Assembly: GCF_048593235.1 (NCBI RefSeq)
Contig: NC_133623.1
Location: 4,154,001-4,206,532, forward strand
Direction of reading: 5' to 3'
From: Sminthopsis crassicaudata
Taxonomy: Eukaryota
DNA: 52,532 nt
How positions within the stretch are numbered: the first letter of the stretch is position 1; each line of letters begins with the position of its first letter. The notes under the pieces are model-generated. The model was given only the letters and a program-made list of their open reading frames with translations. It ran no database searches and was not told the DNA's origin. The position numbers were made by a program, and so were the translations under genes. Positions 11,230 to 25,300 of the stretch are shown here, piece by piece.

Positions 11230-12500
11230 GACTAGTCTAGCTGGAATCCCAGGATCCAAACCAGGGGCCCGGGGGGGATCAAAGGAAGGGGGTGTAGCCA
11301 AGGGCTGCTCCAAAGGTGCCATGCACAGGCCTTGGATGTTGGGGGTGAGGGTGAGGAGTCTAGAATGACGCTTAGGAGGTGAGACTAGGCTGGGGGGGGG
11401 GGGCTGAGGGTGGTCTCCACGGTAATGGAGAAAGGGCAGGGCAGAGGGAAAGAGAATGAGTTTTGGACGGATTGAGTTGAAAATGTCCACTGGCCATTCA
11501 GTTTGAGGCATCCAGGAAGCAGTTGGAGGGGTGGGGCGGGGATCCTGGGGCACACTGGGTAGGTCCTCAGCACAGAGAGGGTCCTTAAATCCAAGGGAGC
11601 CCAGGAGATCTCCCCACGGTATAGAGAGAAGGGCAGAGGGCCCCTGTGCTTAGAGGGCAGGATCTGGAAGAGGACCCAGCAAAGGAGACCGAGGAGGAGT
11701 GGTCAGAGAGAGAGGAGGAGAACCGGGACAGAGACAGAAGGGTGTCCCATCAACCTAGAGGGAAGAGGGATCCAGGAAGAGAGGGTGACCCGGTGCCAAG
11801 AGCTGCTGAAAGGGAGGACTAAGAACAGGACTCTGGAGCTGGCGGGATCATGAGGAGCTTTGGCGAGAGCGTTTCAGTGGAACGCTGATGAGGTTGGACT
11901 GAGAAAGTGGAGGACCCTCCCGAAGGTGGCCTTTTGGAGTAGGGCAGGGAGACCCAAAGGCCCAGGGGGACAGATCTCCTTGGGATCAGCTCCTCAGTCT
12001 GTGCGTCAGATCATTCCATCCCCGCCCTCCCCGCGTCGGGAAGGCTTCACTTTGAATCTGCCTGCAAACCCCTCCTAGTTATGTGATCCCAGGCGAGTCA
12101 CCCTGTGCCTCAGTTTCTCATCTGTAAAACTGGAATAATAATAAGATGTATCTCCCGGGCATTTCGTGAGAATGCTTAGCAAATCTGGAAGGCCCACATG
12201 AACACCAGAGCCACTGCTCCCATCGTTTGTACACTGGACTGGGGTGGCGGCGGGGGCTGCCCCAGCAACTTCAAGGACCCTGCCTCTGGGCAGAGCCCAG
12301 CTTTCAGGCCTCCACCCCTTTCCCCAGGCCAGACCTCTGGCTTCAGTTCGTGGAGTCATCCTCAGCTCCCTCGCCCACAGATCTCCCCTGTGCCAGGACC
12401 TGGTGCAGACGCTCGTCATCTCACAGCTGGACCGCTGCAAAAACTGCTGCCCAGGTCTCCCCCCATGTCGGGGCCATCCTCCAGCAAGCCATGCGAGCTA
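11230..12500. mobile_element. Cluster of L2 and MIR fragments, including an L2 ORF2 C-terminal remnant
   Basis: ORF 12244-12516 contains LVQTLVISQLDRC...GLP, resembling L2 ORF2 LVISRLDYCN...GLP. MIR core gcctcagtttctcatctgtaaaa near 12.1 kb. Confidence 0.7.
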
Positions 12501-15241
12501 TCTTCCCTCTGGCTAGCTCCCTCTGCTGGAAAACGGACTCCACTACATTTCCCCTTGGATTTCCCCATGGCTCTTTTGGCCGGGATCTTTATTAGTAATG
12601 GGTGAGAGCTGGGCCTCGCTCTTCCCTTCTGCTCCATGGGCCATGGTCATCCATCTCCCACATTGCAAGGCTAGAAGATGCTGCCCAAGGCGGTGGGCAA
12701 GGTGCTGGACCTGCGGGCGCTGCCCTCGCCCCTGGCTACCAGTCCCCACCAGACCCTCCCTCAGAGAAGGTTCCCCCCCCATGGCTCTGGGGTCAGGCCC
12801 CCCCCCCCCCCACACACACACACGGCTAAACTAGCAAGTCCCCGAGGCCACGTGGGGTCAAGGCCAAACTTGTCAGCCACGTTGTCCTGGCCTTTTGTTC
12901 TACACAATCCAGAGCGTAATAGCATCCAGCTCCCAGCATCGTTTAAAAAGGAAATGTGATTCTCTTTATGGCGCACTTAGCAGGGTATGGACACTCAATA
13001 AATTAAGGCCTGCCCTTCCCTCCACCCCTGGGGCTGACACCCAGGCAACCTGGAATTATGGCTCTTTCATCGGCAGCCACGAAGGCCACATCGTGGAGCC
13101 CTTAGATCTTACTCAGGCATCCAAGGTACCCAGATCATCCACTGGATCCCCGGCCACAGCCAGCCACCTGGCCCCCAGTCCCGCCACGACGCAAAGGGAA
13201 CGAGGCTGGCGACCTGGTGCAGCAGTGGCTCACTTCAATCCACCTGCGACTCAAGACAGAACCCGAGGGATGAACTGAGCTCATTCACACCAAGCCGGAG
13301 GAGAAACTGAGTTCACACAAAGCTATCTGCAGCCAGGGAAGAATGATTTGCTCAACTTTACCCGGCCCGGAAGGGGCCCGACCAGATCAAGAGCCCAGCT
13401 CCAAGCTTGCACTTGTCCTGCTCTGTCACACTAGGAACGATAGCGTGACGTTCCCTTGGAAAACTAACCCCAGGCCAGTCCCCTCACCCGCCCCCAGTGA
13501 TTCAGGTGTGGTCCATCACTGTCATTGCCTTTCTCTCCACTCCCGCCTCGGCTAACCTTAGTCCCTGCATGGGGAGAGCCTCCTCGAGCAGCGTCCAGGG
13601 CATCTGGCTGGAAGAAAATGTGCTCGAGCCGGGGACTTCCCGAGCAAGCCGACAATCCAGGGGCCGGCTCTCCAGAAGATCGGCAGCCGGGACTCATCTG
13701 GGCCAAATCATTCCTGGGCTCCCAATCAAGACCCAGCTGATCCCAATCTCCAAAGGAGTTTTGGAAGGCCCTTTACCTGAACAAGTCCTCTTCCGGATTA
13801 GCTTCCCCCGCCCCTCATGTGGAGGGGAAGTCCCTAGGTGCGGCGGTGGAAGCTCCGCCTCAAGTTCAATCTGGCTTCCCATCAGTCAGGCCCAAGTGTT
13901 TAACTTCCAAGCCGTGGCTGGGGCTGCCGTGAGCACCCAATGGTCCTGTTTGAAAACAGCACTTAACCAAGGGCCTGGCACACGTGGGTCTAGGACATTT
14001 GTTCCCGTCCCCTTTGCAACGACGCAGCCCATAGCAGGGCAGACCTTTGGGGCAAGGCTTCCTGGCACCGGGAATAGCTTCCCTTCTGTAGGGGGATAGT
14101 AGAAGACTCTCGGAGGCCCAGATGAGGAAGGCAGGCAAAGGGAGATGTTCCAAAGGCTAGGGAGGAGGGGAAGAGGACATGTTTATTGGCACCAGAGGAC
14201 CCATGGGAAGCCCAAGAATTGACCACAGTAAGGTTGGCCGATGATCAAAATGAAAAATGGGGGTCCTCAATGAGAGCCCCCAGGGAGGCTTTTTCAGGCA
14301 AATCTTCATTTCCTTCCACGCTGATGTTGACTTCTTGGAGATGGGACATTGCTCAACCTGCCCTTCAAGTGGCCAGAGGCCTCTAACCCTGACTGACAAT
14401 CAATGCCATTTCCCAGCTATTTGGTCCATAGTCTCGGGCACACCCTGGTGGCAATGAGAACTTTGAATTGCATTCCCAGCTGATTGGCCATCCTCCTGGC
14501 ACCTTTATTAATAAGCATCCTTTATGGCGGGCCTCCATCAACTCCAGAAACCTAGCCGGTCCCTGGAATAAACACAATCCTCTGAAAAGAATAAACAAAT
14601 ATTCTCTTTGACGGACCTCCTCCAATAGAGCATCCCTATAGCCGAGAAAGGCTGCTCAGGCTCAAGGGGCATGGATCAAATGAGACTATTTAGCATGGGC
14701 CTTCTTTGTTCCCAGCCTATAAAAACCCTTTACAGGAAAGAGGCAGAGCTCAGGAGGACCAATGTCTGGATAGCCGGGACTCGGGTCCTCAAAGGGTGCC
14801 TATGTGTTGTTACATGTCACTTATTGTCTGTTTCTCATGCCGTCTTAGTGATCAGTGCATCTCTTAAGGGCACATTACTTTTATGCTATTTTTCCTCTTA
14901 AGTCAAGGTTCTGAGCAGTAATAACCTTGTCCCCACCCTCTGGAAGACCATGGCAAATTCTAAACCCAGATTAATCCCACAGGGGTGTAGAAGCAGCAGG
15001 CACTAGACCATTCAGGACTCCAGACCATGCAAGAAAAATCAGCCCTTGCCCCATTCTGCAAGTGCACCTCAAATCTGGCCCAGTCCCCAAAGCCTGAATC
15101 GGCCGGCTCCCATCCAGTGAGACAAGGGGAGCGCTTCTCTCTCAACCCAAAGGCTGCTCACCCCTGGCTGCCGGCTCCTCTGGCGTCCTAGAGGAAGAGA
15201 GCAAAAATGAAAACAGACGGGAGGAAACACCTTGTGACATC

Positions 15242-15247
15242 TTTATT
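15242..15247 (-). terminator. RPS4X polyadenylation signal
   Basis: AATAAA on the - strand, 38 nt past the stop codon. Confidence 0.85.
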
Positions 15248-15284
15248 TGGCCAGAGAAAATACAAGGTAATGTGCCGACGTCAT

Positions 15285-18384
<3,100 letters not shown>

Positions 18385-18398
18385 CGCGGCGACGAGTC

Positions 18399-18476
18399 GG
18401 GGAAAAGGGCTCGCAGCTTCCGGTGAACCAAGGAAATAGGCGAGGGCTGGGGCACGTTAAGGCCCGCCCCTTCCGG
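18399..18476 (-). promoter_or_regulatory. RPS4X 5'TOP initiator and ETS/GABP-type sites within a CpG island (about 17990-18720)
   Basis: cccttttcccc at 18409-18399 on the - strand, 15 nt upstream of the ATG. CCGGAAG motifs at about 18417-18423 and 18470-18476. No TATA box seen. Confidence 0.8.
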
Positions 18477-19059
18477 CGAGCGGCAGGGCTGAGCGCACTG
18501 CTCTGCCGCCCCCTGCTGTTCGGAGGCCACCAGGCACCTGGCGGCGCCAACTGGGCGGGGCTACGGGACGGTCCGGCCCCAAAGCCCCTCCCTCCTGCCG
18601 TCGGGAGGGCAAAGTGCCCGCCTAAGGTGAGGAGAGGGGCGCCGTCAGGGCGAGGCCTGTGAGGCACGGGCGCGGACGGCCGTCTCTGCGAGGCAGGGTC
18701 CCCCCTCTCCCCACCTCCACTCCCATTCGGGCGCTGGCTTCTCTGTCCTAGTCTTGGCCCCAAGGGAGGAAGCCTTAAGGAGGTTAGAGCTGAGGCTGCC
18801 TTGGCTTGTGCCCTTCTCTGGGGATGGTCCAGGAGGCCGCGGGATCTGGAGAGCAGACCCGGCCCCTTCCTCCTGGGCTCTTGCAGCATCTATGGCTCCG
18901 TAGGGATTCAAACTCAGGGTGCTGCAGGGAGTGGACGTTAATGGGAAGGTAGAGGGCTGGAAGAGGCAGGAGGAGGAGCAGGAGCTGTGCCCCGGCAGCC
19001 GAGCCTCCTTTTGGGGCTCGGGTCGAAGCTTAGCCGGAGCCCCACTTCCCCTTTGGTCT

Positions 19060-19300
19060 TATAAACAACCCTCTGGCTGGGAGGTTCTAGGGTTTAAGGC
19101 TGCACTCAATGGGGGAGGGAACCTTAAGAGATCCCAGAATTCCACATGGAAGGCTGAAAGGGAACTTGGAAGTCCTCAAATCCACCCCCTCATCTAGAGA
19201 TGCCGGGGAAACTGAGGCTCATAGAGAGCAAGGACTCAGTCACTGGGTCTCAAAAGCAGAGAGTATCTGAGGCCGGATTTGCTCTTGGGTCTTGAGACAT
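19060..19300. mobile_element. MIR-family fragment between CITED1 and RPS4X
   Basis: aaatccaccccctcatctagagatgccggggaaactgaggctc...ggccggatttg. Confidence 0.55.
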
Positions 19301-19570
19301 CCCAGATCAGGTGCTGAATTGTGCTGTGCTGAATCTTCAGGCTGATCCCCAGCCTCTTTCTGGAGCCTTAGCTAAAGCCACAGGGGCCCTATCTGAGCTC
19401 GTGCTTTCTGCTGCCAAATGTGTCCCGCCCCCTCTCCTCCCCCCTCCCTTTTTGGCCATCCGCATCCCAGGGCCTCGCCTTCTTCTCCCCAGCCCCAATC
19501 CAGGGCTCCCCTTCAAGGGCATGAAGACGCTGAAAGAACTGGCTGGCCAGAGCTGACACGGGTAAAATCG

Positions 19571-19576
19571 TTTATT
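19571..19576 (-). terminator. CITED1 polyadenylation signal
   Basis: AATAAA on the - strand, about 110 nt past the stop codon. Confidence 0.75.
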
Positions 19577-19686
19577 GATAATGAGCACAGGAGCTTGTCA
19601 AAAGGCTAGCTAAGCTGGGGCCCATCTCCATCCCGCTACCCACAGTGGGCACGGCTGCCCCTCTGCCCCCTGGGATGCCCAGGACT

Positions 19687-20100
19687 TTAGCTGGGGGGCA
19701 GGTCGGTGGACAAGTCAAGGTCATCTTGGTCCAGCCAGAGCTCGGGTAGCTCACCAGCTTGGTCCAAGCCCAGCTCCATCACCAGGGACATGAGCAACTC
19801 CTCGTCTATGGGGTCAAAATCGAAGAGGTTGTTGAAGGCCTCAATAGAGGCCGTCTCTGACTCCACGGGCTCGTCGCCCTCCATCGGCCACGAGGGCAAG
19901 GCCATTTCCTCGTCTTGGGGCTCGGTGCTAGGCACCCCCTGGTACTGACTGTTAAGCTTCTGCAGCTGCATGCTGGCCACCAAGGGGCCCTGTGTGCGCA
20001 GGCTGAAGGGGGTTACCGCAGGGGAAGGGGACTCTGCGGGTGGCAGTGGGATCCCTGAAGGGGCCACACGGGTTCCTTCAGGACTTTTGTTCCCATTCAT
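19687..20100 (-). CDS. CITED1: CITED1 (CBP/p300-interacting transactivator 1), N-terminally truncated 137-aa ORF
   Basis: CR1-like [16 protein letters not shown] and CR2 [42 protein letters not shown]. Adjacent to and in the same orientation as RPS4X, as in human. Confidence 0.9.
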   Translation of the reverse strand: MNGNKSPEGTRVAPSGIPLPPAESPSPAVTPFSLRTQGPLVASMQLQKLNSQYQGVPSTEPQDEEMALPSWPMEGDEPVESETASIEAFNNLFDFDPIDEELLMSLVMELGLDQAGELPELWLDQDDLDLSTDLPPS

Positions 20101-20219
20101 TTCTGTTGGAGAAGTGGAGGTGTCTAGCCGTGTAACTTTTATACTCAGTTTGAACTGTCCACCCTTTTATACTCAGTTTTGGACAGACCAGAGAGAGCTC
20201 ATCTCTTGGAACCAGAACC
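20101..20219 (-). other. CITED1: CITED1 last-exon 5' part: decayed N-terminal coding sequence, now uORF-containing leader
   Basis: Acceptor ctgtctcctag|20219. QEMSSL... (ATG 20202) is in frame with the main ORF but hits TGA 20175-20173 and TAA 20169-20167. aaactgagtataaaag is duplicated with a 28-nt period. Confidence 0.75.
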
Positions 20220-20645
20220 CTAGGAGACAGAGAAAAAAAGTCGAGGACACACCTAGTCTATCCTCCCTTCGCTCACATCCTAGCAGGCTCGGGGCTCCAT
20301 GTCTACACTGAGCCCCATGGTGGCCCTTTTCCGGGGAGAGAACTTCCACTCGGGTCCCACTTTCATCACTTTGGCCACAACGGGAGCAGGCACGGCCCAA
20401 GTGACCACCGCCGCTTCATCCGCTCGCCCCATGCGGACTCCCAGAGCTAGCTGTGCTCCCCACTGGGGGACTCACGGTCCACCCCCACCCCACATCTCGC
20501 CATCAGCCGCTTCCGCCTGTCTAGGACCGGTCACTAAACACTCGAAGTCTTCCCAGGACGTTCACCGTAGCGATCGTCTTCACCAGATGGTGACCCGAGG
20601 AAGAGGCCTTCCTGTTTCAGGGGGAGTAAACGGGCCTCGACATAC

Positions 20646-20724
20646 CTGTTTCATGGAGCCATGTAGCCCAGTGCCCTCATCAGCATGTGGCGGGCCACGG
20701 GAGGGGCAGTCTGGCAGTGGTCTC
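20646..20724 (-). other. CITED1: CITED1 exon homologous to the eutherian first coding exon, with CTG in place of ATG
   Basis: ttttctttgcag|...CAG|gtatgt. From CTG 20717 the frame reads LPDCPSRGPPHADEGTGLHGSMKQ; codons ccg cca cat gct gat gag ggc resemble the remembered human PALDVKG codons. Confidence 0.6.
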
Positions 20725-21149
20725 CTGCAAAGAAAAACTAGTCCCATGAAAGGAATTTTCAAAGTGTGACATTCCGATTCTTCCTCAAGCACCTACTGTG
20801 TGTCGGGCACTCTGCAAGAGCCATAGAAAGCGGCCGCCCTATGGGGGCAAAGCAATGCACGGCCAGAGAAATACAAAGTCTGGGTCCAGAGGACTTTCTG
20901 CAGGACAGGGACGGGGCAGGCACCGAGAAGGCCAAGGAGGAGTTTCCCAGGGTCCCAGCTCGGACCAAGCTTTGAAGGGAAGTCGAGATTCGGCGGATCA
21001 AAGTGAGGGAAGTAGGCATTTCAGGCACGGGGGAGGCTCTGCAAAGGTGTGGAGGCAAGGAGACGGAACGTCCCATGTGGGGAACGGCAAACAGGGCAGC
21101 GGTGCTGAAGTGGAGAGGGACAGAATAAGAGAATGAGAAAGAATCAGCA

Positions 21150-22330
21150 AAGGAAGGCTGGGCAGAGGCTGGCAAGTCAACAAGCAATGATTAGCAGGCA
21201 GTGTGCTGAGGCCCCAGGTTACAAAGCAAGGCAAAAGCTGGAAAGAATGCAGAAGAAGGAAGGTGCTAGCATTAGGGAGCTCAGGGAAGCCTTCCAGGAG
21301 GAGGTGTTTTAGCTCAGGCTTGAAGGAGGCCAGGGAGGTCAGTAGTTGGAGCAGAAAGGGAGAGCATGCCAGGCCTGGGGGCCCAGCCAGGAAGAAGGCC
21401 CAGGGCCAAGAGATGGAGGGGCTTGGAGGTGGACCAGCCAGGAAGCTGGGCTCACTGGTGTGGAGTGAGAGGCAATGGTGACCAAATTAGACAACAGATA
21501 GGCTGGAGGGTGAGAGTGAGGAATCCATTTGAGTCCATGGTTATGAGGCTGAGGGGTTGACAAGATGGTGTTGCCCTCAACAGTGACAGGGAAGGGGGAG
21601 AAGCTAAGGGGCTGGCAGGATGGCGTTGCCCTCAACAGTGATTGACAGCAAAGGGGGGAGACTGAGGGCCTAGCAGGATGGCGTTGCCCTCAACAGTGAT
21701 AGGGAAGCGGGGGGTTATAGGGAAAGAAAAGGGTCATGTTGGTTAAGATGTCCACTGGACATCCAGTTTGGTGTGTCCAATTGGCAGTGGCAGATGCAAG
21801 ACTGCAGGTCACCAGAGAGACTGGGACTGGAGAAGTCAATTTAAGAAGGTTATTAAATCCATGGGAGCTAAGGGGATCCCCAAGTGAAGCAGGACCCAGG
21901 ACAGAGCCCTGAGGGTACCCAAGACCAGTGGGTATGACCTGAGGAGGAGCCAACGAAAGAGATGGTGTGGTCCGAGAGGGAGGAGCAGGCAGGGGTGGAG
22001 GGGTCCCCAAAAATCTAGAGAGAAAAGGCTCTCTGGGACAGGAGGGTGATTGACAGTGTCCAAAGATGCAGAAATGTCAAGGAGGACTAAGAAAAAGCAC
22101 ATTGGCTTTGGCAGCTGGGAGATGGATCCTTGGTCATTTTGGAGAGAGCAGTTTGGATGGGGTGATGGCGTTGGGAATCAGACCACAGGAAGTCAGGAAG
22201 AAATGGAGGTGCCTCGTTATGGACGCCCTTCTCATGCAGGTTAGCCATAAACGGGAGGAGAGATGGATCAAGTGAGGGTCCAGCTGGGAAGCAGTGTAGA
22301 CAGGGATGGAGGCCATCTCGTCACATGAGA
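21150..22330 (-). mobile_element. L2 (LINE2) fragment with reverse transcriptase remnants
   Basis: ORF 21836-22102 VLLDISASLDTVNH (L2 LLDLSAAFDTVDH) and ORF 21690-22010 GYPQGSVLGP (RT motif). Confidence 0.88.
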
Positions 22331-25300
22331 TGGGGCTGAAGGAGAAGACGCCTTAACAAGGGGAGATGCGCAAGAGGGGAGAAGAGGATGAACGGCTCCA
22401 CTTGTCCGGTAAAATAGGAGAAGGTTCTCAGCTGAAGAGGTGGGAGAAGCTGTGGGAGATCTGAAGGAAGAAACCCTTCCAGAAGGCCACTGTGGAGAAC
22501 GGGAGAGAGTCAGTAAGGGAGCTGTTGGAAGATTGCCTTGCCCCAGTGAGGGCCCAGCTGGGGTCCTGACCCTCCCAGCAGCCTCCCTGCCCCAATGGAT
22601 GAAAAGGCCCTTACTGAGGGCCCTATTATTTGCCCAGCCCAGTTCTCCCTCCCCTCCCCAGCTCTGGTGGTGACAGGGCCTGCCAACTGCCCTGCAGCTG
22701 CCAAAGCACCTCCCCACCCCGACTCCTGCCCCGGCCTCCTCTGCAGCCGCGAGACAAAGTTCTCACTGCCAAGGCCTTGCAGTATCAGAAATAGATATGG
22801 TTTTATCAATGGCTAAAGATGCATGGCCACTGTCTGCTCCTGCCCTCTCCAGCCCCCCCGGCCTTTCCTGGCTGCACAGCAGCTGAGCCCTCCTACACGG
22901 TCTGCATCCCCACAGGACGAGAGGGCACAGAACAGGGCCGGGCCCCCCAACCTGACAGAGCGCCCGACATAGAGGCAATTCTTCCTTGATGCTCTTTCTC
23001 TTCAGTCAGTCCTTGGGGAGCTGATGCCTAACTTGGAGGGAGTAGAGAGCAGAGGAATGGGGGAAGGTAATCCAAGCTTTCCACTGGCCAACCACAACAG
23101 ATCCTCCCCTACCCCCCACAACTGCTAGCTGAATTGTCCCCACAAGCCATCCTGTCTGTGGACATTTGCCCAGGCCAGCCCTCATGTCTGGGACACACTG
23201 CTTCCTCGCCTCCACCTTTCCATCTTGGAAGAGTTTTAAAATTTCCTCAAAGTTCAGGTGCCCCCTCTTCCTTGAAGCCCTCCTAGATTTCTCCAGGTGG
23301 CAGAGCTCACTCCCTCCTCCAGTTCCCTGGCATTTTATTTATCCACACAGTTGTTCTAGACCCTGCAGTTCCCCCCACCTCCCTCCCTTGGAGTCTGAAG
23401 ATCTAGCTAGGTTCAAATCTTACCTCTGGGCTTTCCCAGCTTTGGGACTAAGTGGGTTCTTCAGAGCCTCATTTTCCTCCTCTGTAAAAACAGACAACTC
23501 CTAGGGCTGCTAGGAGGCTCCACTGAGGTTGCAAATGGGAAACTATGCTAAGTGGCGAGACACACATGCTTTGAGAGAAAAGCTCTGGTCATGAGGTAAT
23601 GAGACCAAAGGAGGTCCTTAAAAAAGCCCATTGTCTTAAGGGCCCAGATACAAAGGCTTGGACTAGACTTCTATCTTTTTCCTGACTTCTTTCCTGTCCC
23701 CCCACCCAGAAGGAGCCAAGAAATCAGATATGAAGACAAGCCTGAGGTCAGGAAGACTCTGCCAGTGGATCACAAGTTCTAGCTGGTCTTACTCCACTGT
23801 AGAGACTGAGGATTGAGGACCGAGCTGTACCAAGTGCAGAGAGAGACTCCGCACAGGGCTGACCACAAGGGGATGTATTTTAGGGCCTGGGCAGCCCATT
23901 GGCCAAAAAGCAATCCCTATGAGGGGCTGGAGGGTGGGGCTCTGGGGAGAGCTGCCTAGATGACAATGGCTCGGGCCCTGCTCTGACATTCAGCATCAGA
24001 ACCCTAGAGCCAAAAAGGCCCTTTGAGGTCATCTGGTCCACCTCCCTCATTTGACAAAGCGGGAAATGGAGGTGAAAGGGTCACCCACCGCCCATGGAGG
24101 CTCTGAGGTGGGGTTGGAACATAGATTAAATCCATCCTGGTGTTTTAGCTTCAAACAGCTCCCAGGGGCTGTCACACCCTGTTCAAATCAGACCTGGAGG
24201 TCTTCAGGGAGGAGCTGTGCCCCAAGGCAACCTTGAAGGCTTGGGGTCAAAGTTGGGCCTTGGGGTTTGGGATCACTTGTTTCCCAGAAGCAAAAGTCTT
24301 ATACAGATACTCCCCCTTTGCCCTGATCCTCTGTTACCCAGGTCATAGCTCCAACCCAGCTCTGCTTCTAGCTCCCCTAGGCAGAATCTGGGATTTGCAA
24401 CGAAGGCCTGTTGGTCTGGTGAGATCATGGTCTTCCCTTCCTCCCTCAAGCCCCCGCCTCCTCCCCCTTATTCCCAGTGGCTCCAAAATAATCCTCCTTA
24501 GATTTTAAGGATCAAGGAAGAGCCAGCCCCCTCCACCTCACAAATCTCCTTCAAGTCATCCATCCCCCTGCCTCTCCAAGGAAAGGGCCTCTGCTTACCC
24601 AGGGGTGTGCGCTCATCAAATATCCACAAAGTCCACCATGCGAAGGGGGCGCCACGGATGGCACTCCGAGCAATGAGCAGCTTGGGAGGACCCTGACGAA
24701 TTGACGCAGAGTGAAGAGAGCAGCGCCAGAGGAACCTGAGGGCGGGGGAAAGGGAAGCCACGTGGCCAGACTCCCAAACTCGACCAAGAATGTGCCCAGC
24801 GAAGATGAAGAAGTGGGAGTCCCTGACCTAGTTCTTCATCTCTGACTTCTTTGTTACAAGAGACTGTTGGGAACAGATACAATGTCCCGGGATATCAACA
24901 AAAGAACAACAAGAAAACCTAAAAACAAGGCCACTGCCACGCCCCCAGGAGGCCTTGGGGGAGGATTGTGAGTTCAAGAAATAACACCACTTAACCCTAA
25001 GGAACCTTTCACATTGCCAGAGCACTTGAAGGTTTGCAAAGTCTTTTACAGACTCCAACTAGCTCTCTAAGCATTTTGTAGGTGAGGAAACTGAGGCCCA
25101 AGGTGACCAAGTGACTTCTTGTACAAGGGGGAAGGGATTGGACTAGCTGGCCTCCAAATCTCTGCTCCCAGCACAATTTGCTGAATGAAGCAGCCCTGGG
25201 CATCCGTCCCCACTTAGGGCAATGGGTGTATTTTGCTGTGCCAGAGGAGGGCTTGGCTGCTGCAGGAAGGACGCTAGTTGGCCCCTTCTGCAAGCTCACC

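Noticed and set aside
20280-20318. Perfect Kozak gccaccATGg ORF (MGLSVDMEPRAC*) as the CITED1 start
   Set aside because: It stops after 12 codons. The next donor would need a 57-nt intron, and the site is intronic in the better-supported 20646-20219 splice.
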